Of a stretch of 64,000 nucleotides of DNA, positions 9,131-17,961 are shown one piece after another; the stretch's first letter is position 1; each line of letters opens with the position of its first letter. This DNA comes from an uncultured Planctomycetales bacterium (GTDB taxonomy: Bacteria > Omnitrophota > Gorgyraeia > Zapsychrales > CAYRXT01), in contig CAYRXT010000012.1 in the NCBI GenBank assembly GCA_964428315.1, positions 562 to 64,561 on the forward strand. Reading direction: 5' to 3'. The translations under genes and the position numbers were made by a program. The notes beneath the pieces are model-generated. The model made no database searches. It had not been told where the DNA came from and saw only the letters and a program-made list of their open reading frames with translations.

Positions 9131-9610
9131 CTATTTATTAAACCGCCGCCGGATCTCCCGCGCCCGGCGGCGGTTTTTGTTCCAGTCCCAAAACCCTATC
9201 CCGGCCGAGGCGGAGGAGGAATAATGGATGGTCTTGGTCTCCTCGTCAAACAGGAATTCCACGTCGTCGGACCACCCCAGCGAATCGGAAACCTCGAACT
9301 CCGCGTGGATATAGTCCGGCTCCCGCACGATGATCTTGGCGTTGCCCATGTCCCGCAGGACGTCAATGACCCGTCCGTAAGCCTCCTCTTTTGAGCCCGT
9401 ATAGTTCAAGGGCTCGATGTGGTGTATGCCTTCCTTATAATAGGACGAAACGCATTTAGGCGCCGGAGGGCACGGGCGCAGTTTGCCGTCTTTCAATCCC
9501 GTCTCTTTCGGAAGGAACGCGGAGCATCCCCCCAGGAGGATGGCCACAAGCCATAGGAGGACCGCGGCTTTTCGTGTTTTGTCGATGCGGTCATTCATAA
9601 CGAAAGACAT
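9131..9610 (-). CDS. DUF1499 family lipoprotein
   Basis: Lipobox LLGGC; GKLRPCPPAPKCVSS, DDVEF and DWNKNRRR motifs. Confidence 0.85.
   Translation of the reverse strand: MSFVMNDRIDKTRKAAVLLWLVAILLGGCSAFLPKETGLKDGKLRPCPPAPKCVSSYYKEGIHHIEPLNYTGSKEEAYGRVIDVLRDMGNAKIIVREPDYIHAEFEVSDSLGWSDDVEFLFDEETKTIHYSSSASAGIGFWDWNKNRRRAREIRRRFNK
9140..9178 (+). terminator. Intrinsic terminator for the ECF-RND operon, lying inside the opposite-strand gene
   Basis: AAACCGCCGCCGG/CCGGCGGCGGTTT 13-bp stem with an 11-nt loop and T-run, 23 nt after the TolC stop. Confidence 0.6.
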
Positions 9611-9861
9611 TATAGGACATCAAAGCCCCTAAAGGCCAGACTTTCTTGTCCGGCGAGCCGGCGGCCCGGCGGGCGGGGTTTTCCCTTCGGGCATGGACTG
9701 CGTCATACAGGATCCATACCGGGTTTAAGCGGGTTGACGGCCGGACGGTGCGGTTTAAACTTGGTTGAAAGGCGGCGGTTCGTCCGCGCGTCGCGGTCGG
9801 GACGTGCCAATACAAAATCCTTGTCAACCGGCAGGAAGCCGCTTACAATGGAGATGCTTTT

Positions 9862-10716
9862 GTGACCTTTCAGACGGAAGATTTTATCCCTATGGATAAA
9901 TACAACCAAAGACTGCAGGTCGACGAAAGAATCCTTTCGGCGGCCGTGCATTTTTCCCAGGATTCGGTGGTCATTACCACTAAAGACCTCGACCTCCCCG
10001 GACCGCATATCATTTACGTCAATCCCAAGTTCACGAAGATGACGGGCTATGAACCCGAAGATGTCCTGGGCAAGACGCCCCGGATCCTCCAGGGGCCCAA
10101 GACGGACCGTTCGGTTTTACAGAGACTCCGGAGCACTCTCGAGGCCGGGGGAGTCTTTTTCGGCCAGGCCGTCAATTACAGGAAAGACGGGACGGAGTTC
10201 TGGAACGAGTGGCACATCGAGCCCATCCGCGACGGACAGGGCAACGTGACCCATTACTTGTCCATCCAGCATGACGTGACCGACCGCAAAAAGGCCGAAG
10301 AGATTATCGCTCAAAAAAATAGCGCCTTAAAGGAGATTATCGAACAAATCGAAATCGAAAAAAGGACCATCAAAGAAGACGTACGTTTGAACGTCGAAAA
10401 AGTCCTCCTGCCGGCCCTCAGCAGGCTGTACCGGAAGGGGACCCGCCTGGACAAAAAATATATCGGCATTCTTGAAAACAGCTTGAAAGACCTGGCTTCG
10501 TCTTTCGGGAGCAGTGTGTCGGCCGACAAGAGCGCGCTTTCTCCCCGTGAAGTGGAAATCGCCAACCTCATTAAAAACGGCGTAAGCAGTAAAGAAATCA
10601 GCGGCCTACTTAATATCTCATTCAAGACCGTAGAGACTCACCGCAATAAAATCCGCAGAAAATTTGGGCTTCTCAATAAAGAGGTCAACCTAACTACTTA
10701 TTTGAGAAGTCTTTAA
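9862..10716 (+). CDS. PAS (LOV-like, Cys-less) domain plus LuxR HTH transcriptional regulator
   Basis: PAS motifs IIYVNPKFTKMTGYEPEDVLGKTPRILQG...NYRKDGTEFWN...IQHDVT; C-terminal LSPREVEIANLIKNGVSSKEIS...TVETHRNKIRRK. Confidence 0.9.
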   Translation: MTFQTEDFIPMDKYNQRLQVDERILSAAVHFSQDSVVITTKDLDLPGPHIIYVNPKFTKMTGYEPEDVLGKTPRILQGPKTDRSVLQRLRSTLEAGGVFFGQAVNYRKDGTEFWNEWHIEPIRDGQGNVTHYLSIQHDVTDRKKAEEIIAQKNSALKEIIEQIEIEKRTIKEDVRLNVEKVLLPALSRLYRKGTRLDKKYIGILENSLKDLASSFGSSVSADKSALSPREVEIANLIKNGVSSKEISGLLNISFKTVETHRNKIRRKFGLLNKEVNLTTYLRSL

Positions 10717-10782
10717 GATTCATTGGCACAAGTTTTGTGCCATCTATATATGCATACATGATGTCTAAGCTATTAAGAGGCG

Positions 10783-10810
10783 TTGACCGTCTTCTCCTTT
10801 CTGGTAATCT
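10783..10810 (+). promoter_or_regulatory. Putative sigma70 promoter of the lipid-modification operon
   Basis: TTGACC-N16-TAATCT with a TGn extended -10. Confidence 0.5.
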
Positions 10811-10843
10811 TAGAGTGCGTCACAGGAAAGAAAGGAGAAAGAA

Positions 10844-11443
10844 ATGCTTAAGGCCGTAAACACAACAGGGAAAAGAATGGGAACTGCATTGATCTGCCTG
10901 AGCCTCTGGGCCGCCACGGCCCGGACGGCAGCCGCGCAAGAGACCTCCGCGGCCCCCTTCGAGCCAAGCCACCGGGAGGGGAGCTTTGAAATGGCGCTTC
11001 AGGGCACCGGCGTCAAGACCATGGTCTTCTTCAAGGCCTTTGCCGCGGCCTTTTACATGAATCCGGAAGACGGCCGCAATCCGCTCGATGAGGTCGCCAA
11101 ACGCATAGAAGTGGAATACTTTGTCCGGATACCGGCAAAGAAGCTCAGCGATTACACGGTGGAACGCATGAAGGTCAATGTCCTCGAAGACGAGCTTGCC
11201 CAGATCCGGGATGAGATCGAGATGATGCGGCAGTACTTCGTCGATCTGAAACCCGGAGACAGGTTCGCGTTGACCTTTATACCGGGCGAGGGCACCAAGT
11301 TCGCCTACAACGGCCGGCTGACGGGGGTCATCGAGGGGGACCTGTTCGCCAGGGCCCTGTTCTCCGTGTGGATCGGAGAGAGGCCTTTTGATGAAAGATT
11401 AAAGAGGCAGATCCTCGGGCGGGACAGGAAAGAGCCATCGTAA
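10844..11443 (+). CDS. Chalcone isomerase-like (fatty-acid-binding) secreted protein
   Basis: Signal peptide; LQGTGVKT..FFKAFAAAFY, DLKPGDRF and FARALFSVWIGERP. Confidence 0.85.
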   Translation: MLKAVNTTGKRMGTALICLSLWAATARTAAAQETSAAPFEPSHREGSFEMALQGTGVKTMVFFKAFAAAFYMNPEDGRNPLDEVAKRIEVEYFVRIPAKKLSDYTVERMKVNVLEDELAQIRDEIEMMRQYFVDLKPGDRFALTFIPGEGTKFAYNGRLTGVIEGDLFARALFSVWIGERPFDERLKRQILGRDRKEPS

Positions 11444-11482
11444 GACCGCTGGTTTCATCACGATAAAAAAGGAGAAGGAGAC

Positions 11483-11938
11483 ATGCCGCACAAACCCCTT
11501 AACGCGATAGAGTTTTTTGAGAACCTCCGTAAAGATTCGATGCACCTTGTCGAGGAGTTTTATGACGAGAACGTCCGGTTCAGCGATCCCATCGTCAATT
11601 TGACCAACCGCCGGCAGGTCAAAGATTACTATGTCAACCTGTACGCCAACGTCGAGTCGATTTCCTGGACATTCCCCGATGTGGTCTCGGAGAAAGACCG
11701 CTGCGCGCTCGCCTGGACCATGACCCTGAGGGCAAAAAACTTCAACGGCAACAGGCCGGTTATCGTCGACGGTGTTTCCGTCATCAAGTTCGGGGGCCGG
11801 GACGGAAAGGCCGTTTATCACCGCGATTATTTCGACATGGGCGCCTTCGTTTACGAGGGCCTGCCGGTTTTGGGCGGCCTGGTGCGTTTCGCCAAACGAA
11901 AGATGGCCGATTACCACAAGGCAGGGCGGCATGGGTGA
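11483..11938 (+). CDS. NTF2/SnoaL-like protein
   Basis: FYDENVRFSDPI and VYHRDYFDMG motifs. Confidence 0.88.
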   Translation: MPHKPLNAIEFFENLRKDSMHLVEEFYDENVRFSDPIVNLTNRRQVKDYYVNLYANVESISWTFPDVVSEKDRCALAWTMTLRAKNFNGNRPVIVDGVSVIKFGGRDGKAVYHRDYFDMGAFVYEGLPVLGGLVRFAKRKMADYHKAGRHG

Positions 11939-12740
11939 ATATCTGAACATTATCCTGACGGGTTATCTGATCCTGGCGGCCGTCCAGACGGTGCTGTGGA
12001 TTATTCAGAATTTCACCAAAGACGCCTCAACGACCGATGTCGGCTGGTGCCTGGGGATGCCGGTCCTGGCGGGCTGGTATTTTATCAACCTCGAAGGGTT
12101 CGCGCTCAGGAAACTGCTGATCTTTGTCCCGCTTGTCATCTGGTCGCTGCGTTTGTCCTTCCATCTGGTCCGCCGCATGCGCCACGCCGGGAAGGAGGAC
12201 AGCCGCTACGCCCAGCTCAGGGATGAATGGGGCGGGCACGCCGGCCGGAATTTCTTTTTCATCTACCAGATCCAGCCGGTCTTTGACCTTATTTTGTCGG
12301 TACCTTTTTTTATCGTCTTTATGAACCCGGACCCGGCCATCAAGGGCGTTGAGATCGCCGCGTTGTTTTTGTGGGCCGGCGGACTCGCCGGAGAGACGCT
12401 GGCCGATGAACAGTTACGGCGTTTCACGGCAAATCCGGCCAACAAGGGGAGAGTATGCCAAAACGGCTTGTGGCGGTATTCGCGCCATCCCAACTTCTTT
12501 TTTGAATGGGTCATGTGGGTGGCCTACTTTGTCTTTGCCCTGGGTAGCCCTTACGGTCTGTACGGAGCCGTCGCACCAGCGCTGATGCTTGTTCTGCTCC
12601 TCAAGGTCACGGGGATCCCGATCATGGAAGAGCGGGCCCTGAAAAAAAAGGGTGAGGCCTTCAGGGAATATCAGGGGGCCACCAGCTTTTTCTTCCCGAT
12701 GCCGCCCCGAAAAAAAGCGAGGGAGTCCGATGAGAATTAA
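11931..12740 (+). CDS. DUF1295 (steroid 5-alpha reductase-like) membrane protein
   Basis: GKEDSRY, ETLADEQL and GLWRYSRHPNFFFEW. Confidence 0.9.
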   Translation: MGEYLNIILTGYLILAAVQTVLWIIQNFTKDASTTDVGWCLGMPVLAGWYFINLEGFALRKLLIFVPLVIWSLRLSFHLVRRMRHAGKEDSRYAQLRDEWGGHAGRNFFFIYQIQPVFDLILSVPFFIVFMNPDPAIKGVEIAALFLWAGGLAGETLADEQLRRFTANPANKGRVCQNGLWRYSRHPNFFFEWVMWVAYFVFALGSPYGLYGAVAPALMLVLLLKVTGIPIMEERALKKKGEAFREYQGATSFFFPMPPRKKARESDEN

Positions 12741-13344
12741 GCGGTTGACAAAGTCCAGACGATTTGTCCGGTCCGCATTAGCCGGCGTCTTGTTTGTCCT
12801 GGTTGCGGCCGGACCGGGTTTCGCATCCGGGGTGGTCGAATTCGGCCCCGGGGAGACAACGATCGAGGGTTCGATCCGGTACACCGTGATCGGTCATTAC
12901 GAATTCGAATTCGACAGGTTCAAGGGGGAGATCGCGGTGGATGAAGACTCACGGGAGATCCTGGATGTCTATCTGGAGATCGAGGCGGAGAGCATAGGTT
13001 CAGAGTGTTTGTGGTGCGACAAGATCGTGCGTTCCGAACAGCTTCTGCACACGGAAAAACACCCCCTCATCGTCTTCAAGAGTCAAAAGATCTTCCGGGA
13101 CGAAGAAGGGTATCAGGTGACAGGCATTCTGGATATGCACGGAAAGACGAAGGAGATGACCTTTCCTTTCTCGGCGGAGTTCATCACGGACGAGCAGACC
13201 GGGGAAAACGGGATTGCCGTGAACGGCCGGTGGGTCATCAACCGGAAAGACTTCGATATCATATGGAACAGGCTGCTCGACGTCGGCGGGGTCCTTGTGG
13301 GCAACCATATTACGGTGGAATGGGGGATCCGGTCCGCAATCTAG
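12730..13344 (+). CDS. YceI-family polyisoprenoid/lipid-binding protein
   Basis: Signal peptide; HPLIVFKS, VTGILDMHGKTK and INRKDF. Confidence 0.8.
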   Translation: MRIKRLTKSRRFVRSALAGVLFVLVAAGPGFASGVVEFGPGETTIEGSIRYTVIGHYEFEFDRFKGEIAVDEDSREILDVYLEIEAESIGSECLWCDKIVRSEQLLHTEKHPLIVFKSQKIFRDEEGYQVTGILDMHGKTKEMTFPFSAEFITDEQTGENGIAVNGRWVINRKDFDIIWNRLLDVGGVLVGNHITVEWGIRSAI

Positions 13345-13358
13345 AAAGACAGGAGATC

Positions 13359-13730
13359 ATGATGAACAAGATGTTTACGATGTCAGTGGCGGTGATGATT
13401 TTGTCCCTGCTGATTGTTCCCGGCGCGCAGGCCGAAGACGGCCCCGTCAAGAAGCTTGCCAGAGGCGTGGTCAACGTCGTGACGGCCCCGATCGAGATCC
13501 CCAAGCAGGCCAGGGCCTACTGGGTCGAGGGGGCGCGGGAGACCGACCATATCCTGGTCTGGATCGCCTCGGGAACGGTGTGGGGCATCATTCAGACAGT
13601 CAAAAGGGCGGGCTCGGGGGTGTGGGATATCGTGACCTTCCCGGTTGAAAAGCCCGCGGATTATGCCCCCCTGCTTGAACCGGATTACGTGTTCGAACAA
13701 TGGCCCCGGAACCCGGACAGCGGGAGATAA
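13359..13730 (+). CDS. Exosortase system-associated protein (TIGR04073-like)
   Basis: AGGAG RBS; KKLARGVVNVVTAPIEIP...GVWDIVTFP...LLEPDYVF. Confidence 0.75.
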   Translation: MMNKMFTMSVAVMILSLLIVPGAQAEDGPVKKLARGVVNVVTAPIEIPKQARAYWVEGARETDHILVWIASGTVWGIIQTVKRAGSGVWDIVTFPVEKPADYAPLLEPDYVFEQWPRNPDSGR

Positions 13731-13733
13731 GGC

Positions 13734-14429
13734 ATGAAATATTCCGTCATCATCCCGACGTACAACGCCCAGCGTCACCTTGAAGGATGTATCCGGTCCG
13801 TGTGTGCGGCCCTGCCGGAGAGCGAGATCATTGTGTCCGACGGCGGCAGTCTGGATAAGACGCGGGACATAGGCGTTAGGGAGAAAGCGAGGGTGATCGA
13901 TTCCCCCAAAGGAAGAGGAGTACAGCTGAACCGGGGCGCGGCCCGCGCGGCCGGAAAGATATTCCTCTTTTTGCACTGCGATTCCCGGCTGGATCCGGAG
14001 GCCGGCCGGGTTCTGGAGACATGGTTTGCCCGCGGAGACGTTCAGTCCGGAAAGTTTACCTTGAAATTCGACCGGGATTCGCGTCTGTTGGGGCTTTACG
14101 CGGCCCTGGCAAGGTTTGATTCTTTCCTGACGAGTTTTGGGGACCAGGGCATTGTGGTGAGAAAAGAATTATTTTGGAGGTTGGACGGATTTCCGGAATG
14201 GCCTCTTTTGGAAGACGTGAGATTTCTTCAAAAGGCCAGGAGGATAACCAAGATCCATACCCTTCCGGCGGTCGTGACGACATCGGCGGAACGCTTCCTT
14301 CAAAACGGCGTTATCAGACAGCAATGGCTTAATGCAGGTATTCTGATGAAGTACCGGCTCGGGCATTCGCCGGCGCGCCTCGCTTCGCAATACGAAAAAG
14401 GAGGGACGAGGGATGAAGGCATTCTTTAG
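13734..14429 (+). CDS. GT2 glycosyltransferase (TIGR04283-like)
   Basis: SVIIPTYN, DGGSLD, GRGVQLNRGA, LFLHCD, FGDQG, LLEDV and TTSAERF. Confidence 0.85.
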   Translation: MKYSVIIPTYNAQRHLEGCIRSVCAALPESEIIVSDGGSLDKTRDIGVREKARVIDSPKGRGVQLNRGAARAAGKIFLFLHCDSRLDPEAGRVLETWFARGDVQSGKFTLKFDRDSRLLGLYAALARFDSFLTSFGDQGIVVRKELFWRLDGFPEWPLLEDVRFLQKARRITKIHTLPAVVTTSAERFLQNGVIRQQWLNAGILMKYRLGHSPARLASQYEKGGTRDEGIL

Positions 14430-15201
14430 AGCGGCAATCATAGGAACAGGTCTTTTTATTTTCGGAGGGTTGAACGCCATGAGTTACGCCCAGGAAATGA
14501 ACCATGAGCTCTTCAGCGGGGTGCTCGGTGATCACGTGGAAAAGGGTCTGGTCGATTACCCGGGCTTATGCGGCGACAAGCGCCTGGAGGCCTACCTGGG
14601 GCAACTGGAAGGCACCGATCCAAGCGCTCTTTCGCGAGATGAAGCCATGGCCTTCTGGATCAACGCCTACAACGCCTTCACCCTGGAACTGATCTGCGGG
14701 AATTATCCTCTGAAGAGTATCAACGAACTGCATACGGGGGGACTGATTCTCGGCTCCATCTTGAAGAAGACCGCGTGGGACAGGGGTTTTATCGAGATCA
14801 ACGGGCGGGACTACAGCCTGGGGCAGATAGAGCACAAGATATTGCGGCCGCGGTTTGACGATCCAAGGATCCACTTCGCCATTGTGTGCGCTGCGCGCAG
14901 TTGTCCGCCTCTGCGTTCCGAGGCTTATGAGGCCGGGGCGCTTGACCGGCAGCTGGATGACCAGGGCAGGCTATTCCTGGCTGAACGAAGCGATCTGAAC
15001 GATTACGATCTGGACAAGAAGATCGCGTATCTCTCGCCGATATTTTCCTGGTTTAAGAAAGACTTCGGGGAAGACAGGACGGACCGGCTTCTCTTTCTGG
15101 CGGACTACATGCCACCGGAGGCGGCGCGGTCCGTCAGGGCGGCCCCGGAGGAGTGGACGATACGATACAAGACTTATGATTGGAGCCTGAATGAACAGTA
15201 G
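14413..15201 (+). CDS. DUF547 domain secreted protein
   Basis: AFWINAYNA, IEHKILR, DPRIHFAIVCAARSCPPL and YDWSLN. Confidence 0.9.
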   Translation: MKAFFRAAIIGTGLFIFGGLNAMSYAQEMNHELFSGVLGDHVEKGLVDYPGLCGDKRLEAYLGQLEGTDPSALSRDEAMAFWINAYNAFTLELICGNYPLKSINELHTGGLILGSILKKTAWDRGFIEINGRDYSLGQIEHKILRPRFDDPRIHFAIVCAARSCPPLRSEAYEAGALDRQLDDQGRLFLAERSDLNDYDLDKKIAYLSPIFSWFKKDFGEDRTDRLLFLADYMPPEAARSVRAAPEEWTIRYKTYDWSLNEQ

Positions 15202-15985
15202 ATGCGTTATTACGGTCTTTGTCTTTCTGATCGCGGCTCTTCCCTTGTCCGGCCCGGCCGCGGAGTCCTTCAGCGGCGAAACCCGGGAGAGGGTGGTGAC
15301 GGTAGACGAGGAGACCGGCGAGGCCCGTTCGGTTTCCCAGGTCCGAATCAAGGGCGTTCCGGATGCGCCGGATTCTTACATCCTCCGCGTCCGGGGCCGG
15401 GGCCGGCACAAGACGCTGGAAGAGGCCCGGTGGATGAGCGAAGCATTGTTAACCAAAGAGGACGGCCGCGTGCGTGTTCAAAACAGCGTCAAGACGGTTT
15501 ATTCCGGCGGGGAGATCGTTTTCCGGGCGAGTAAACGTTACGACTATGAGAACAAGACAGTATCCCTGGAGATAGAGGACAAGGGGAAGGGCCCGACGCT
15601 TACAAAGGAATTTCCCATCCGGGGGGCTATCTGCGACGACGTGACGCTTGTCCACGTCCTGGACGCGGTTGTCCCCGCGTCGCCGGAAGGCGGTCCCGGC
15701 CGGTTTTATCTGTTGACCAATGAACCCAGGCTTTACCATGTCATGGTCAAAAACAGGGGCAAAGACACCCTGAACCTGCCCCAGGGCAAAAAGGAGGCGG
15801 ACAAGATCCAGCTTATGGCCGACCTGGGGCCTTTGACGGAGATGGCCGCGAAATGGGTGCCGGCGACGTATGTCTGGATGGACCGGGGCCATTCCGAACG
15901 CTGGCTGCAGTATCAGGGGATGGAGGCCGGATACGGCTCGGCCTATATCAAGGCTTTTGTTACTGAAAGGGAGAAACAGCCATGA
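15191..15985 (+). CDS. Secreted beta-rich hypothetical protein
   Basis: Signal peptide; overlaps both neighbouring genes. Confidence 0.65.
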   Translation: MNSRCVITVFVFLIAALPLSGPAAESFSGETRERVVTVDEETGEARSVSQVRIKGVPDAPDSYILRVRGRGRHKTLEEARWMSEALLTKEDGRVRVQNSVKTVYSGGEIVFRASKRYDYENKTVSLEIEDKGKGPTLTKEFPIRGAICDDVTLVHVLDAVVPASPEGGPGRFYLLTNEPRLYHVMVKNRGKDTLNLPQGKKEADKIQLMADLGPLTEMAAKWVPATYVWMDRGHSERWLQYQGMEAGYGSAYIKAFVTEREKQP

Positions 15986-16905
15986 GAAAGATCCTTGTCA
16001 TGGGAGCCACCGGTTTTGTGGGCTCAAGACTCGTGGCCCGATTGATGGAAAAAGGCTTTTCGGTCAGGGCCGCCGGACGCTCCCGGCATAAACTCGAAAA
16101 ACGTTTGGGGAGCGGACGAAACAACCTGGAGTTGGTTGAGGCCGATGTACTTGACGCCGTCTCCCTCGGGAAGGCGTTGCAGGGAGTGGATACCGCTTTT
16201 TATCTTGTTCACTCCATGAATCCCCAGAACCCGGACTTCGCCGGGGCGGACAGGAAAGCGGCCGGGAACATGGCCCGTTTGAGCGGGGAGTGCGGAGTCA
16301 AAAAGATCATTTATCTGAGCGGACTGGGGGAAGAAGGAGAAGGTCTCAGCAAACACCTCCGGTCCCGGCATGAAGTCGAAGAGATCCTGCGCTCGGGCAC
16401 AGTCCCGGTGACCGTTCTGCGGGCGGCGATGATCATTGGCGCGGGCAGCGCCTCTTTCGAGATCATGAGGCATCTGGTCAACCGTCTTCCGGTCATGATC
16501 ACCCCCCGCTGGGTCAGTACGCCTTCCCAGCCCATTGCCGTCGATAACGTTATCCATTATCTATGCGGGTGCATCGACCGGGAGCAGACCTGGGGACAGA
16601 CTTATGATATCGGAGGAGATGATATCGTCTCTTACCGCGATCTCATGCGTGTTTATGCCGAGGAGGCCGGTCTTCGGAAAAGGTTCGTAATCCCCGTCCC
16701 GGTCCTGACGCCCTGGCTGAGCGCCTTATGGATCCATCTGGTCACGCCGATGCCCTCTTATATCGCAAGGCCGCTGGCCGAGGGGCTAAGGAATCCCGTT
16801 ATCTGTCAGGACCGGCGCATCACAGAGGTTATCCGCCAGGACCTCCTGGACTGCCGGGAGGCGATCCGCAGGGCGTTAAACGATATTCATAATAAGGAAA
16901 GGTGA
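15982..16905 (+). CDS. Atypical SDR NAD(P)H-binding protein (YbjT-like)
   Basis: GATGFVG, YLVHSM, HLRSRHEV, LRAAMIIGAGSASFE and LPVMITPRWV. Confidence 0.88.
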   Translation: MRKILVMGATGFVGSRLVARLMEKGFSVRAAGRSRHKLEKRLGSGRNNLELVEADVLDAVSLGKALQGVDTAFYLVHSMNPQNPDFAGADRKAAGNMARLSGECGVKKIIYLSGLGEEGEGLSKHLRSRHEVEEILRSGTVPVTVLRAAMIIGAGSASFEIMRHLVNRLPVMITPRWVSTPSQPIAVDNVIHYLCGCIDREQTWGQTYDIGGDDIVSYRDLMRVYAEEAGLRKRFVIPVPVLTPWLSALWIHLVTPMPSYIARPLAEGLRNPVICQDRRITEVIRQDLLDCREAIRRALNDIHNKER

Positions 16906-16911
16906 GCTTCC

Positions 16912-17961
16912 ATGAGAAGATTTATGAGTGCCGGTCAGTTTTTACTGGAGAAGGGATGCGTGCCCGACGGACTGGTCCGGATCGGCATCCGCGGACTCTT
17001 GAAGGACAAACTCAAAGAGGAAAGACGGCTCGAGAAGACGGCGGGGGCGAGGCGTAAGAGCGACCTGGTCGGTTTTTTGCGTTCATCCCCTATCGCCGTG
17101 AACACTCAGGACGCCAATGCCCAGCATTATGAGCTTCCCACGGAGTTTTTCCGTCTGGTTATGGGAAGACACATGAAATACAGCTGCGGTATCTGGAATG
17201 AAGGGACCGCTGATCTGGACACCGCGGAACGCGATATGCTGGAACTCACCGTCCGCAGGGCGGAGGTGGCGGACGGACAGAGGATACTTGAACTGGGATG
17301 CGGATGGGGTTCCTTGACCCTTTATTTGGCGGAAAAGTTTCCCGCCAGCCGTATCACCGGTGTCTCCAACTCTTCAACGCAGAAAGAATACATCCTGAGG
17401 GAGGCCCGTTCCAGGGGGCTGGACAATGTCCGCATCATCACGGCGGACATGAATGATTTCACGATCGATGAACAATTCGACCGGGTCGTCTCGGTCGAGA
17501 TGTTTGAGCATATGCGCAATTACGGCCGGCTTTTCGAAAAGATCGCCGGTTTCCTGGATGACGGCGGCAAGCTGTTTGTCCACATCTTTGCCCACCGGAA
17601 ATTCGCCTACCTGTATGAGGAACGCGACCCCCATGACTGGATAGGCCGGTATTTTTTCACCGGCGGTCTCATGCCCAGCGAAGACCTGTTCACGTTCTTT
17701 CAGGAGTATTTCTCCATCGAGAGGCAGTGGCGTGTCCCGGGGCATCATTATCAGAAGACAGCGGAGGCCTGGCTGAAGAACACGGACAGGAACAAGGCCA
17801 GGATCCTGCCTATTTTGCGGGAGACGTACGGCCCTGATCAGTTCAAGACGTGGTGGATATACTGGCGCGTGTTTTTCATGTCCTGCGCCGAGCTCTGGGG
17901 CTACCAAAAAGGGACCGAATGGGTTGTCTGTCATTACCTGTTCACAAAAAGGGGGGCATAA
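16912..17961 (+). CDS. CFA-synthase-like class I SAM methyltransferase
   Basis: ANAQHYELP, MKYS, LELGCGWGS, SVEMFEHMRNY and YFFTGGLMPS. Confidence 0.9.
   Translation: MRRFMSAGQFLLEKGCVPDGLVRIGIRGLLKDKLKEERRLEKTAGARRKSDLVGFLRSSPIAVNTQDANAQHYELPTEFFRLVMGRHMKYSCGIWNEGTADLDTAERDMLELTVRRAEVADGQRILELGCGWGSLTLYLAEKFPASRITGVSNSSTQKEYILREARSRGLDNVRIITADMNDFTIDEQFDRVVSVEMFEHMRNYGRLFEKIAGFLDDGGKLFVHIFAHRKFAYLYEERDPHDWIGRYFFTGGLMPSEDLFTFFQEYFSIERQWRVPGHHYQKTAEAWLKNTDRNKARILPILRETYGPDQFKTWWIYWRVFFMSCAELWGYQKGTEWVVCHYLFTKRGA

Noticed and set aside
9862-10300. Canonical LOV blue-light photoreceptor
   Set aside because: The adduct-forming Cys is replaced by Pro; reported only as a LOV-like PAS domain.
13734-15201. 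Arsenosugar biosynthesis cluster
   Set aside because: No arsM, arsS radical SAM or TIGR04282 partner is adjacent.
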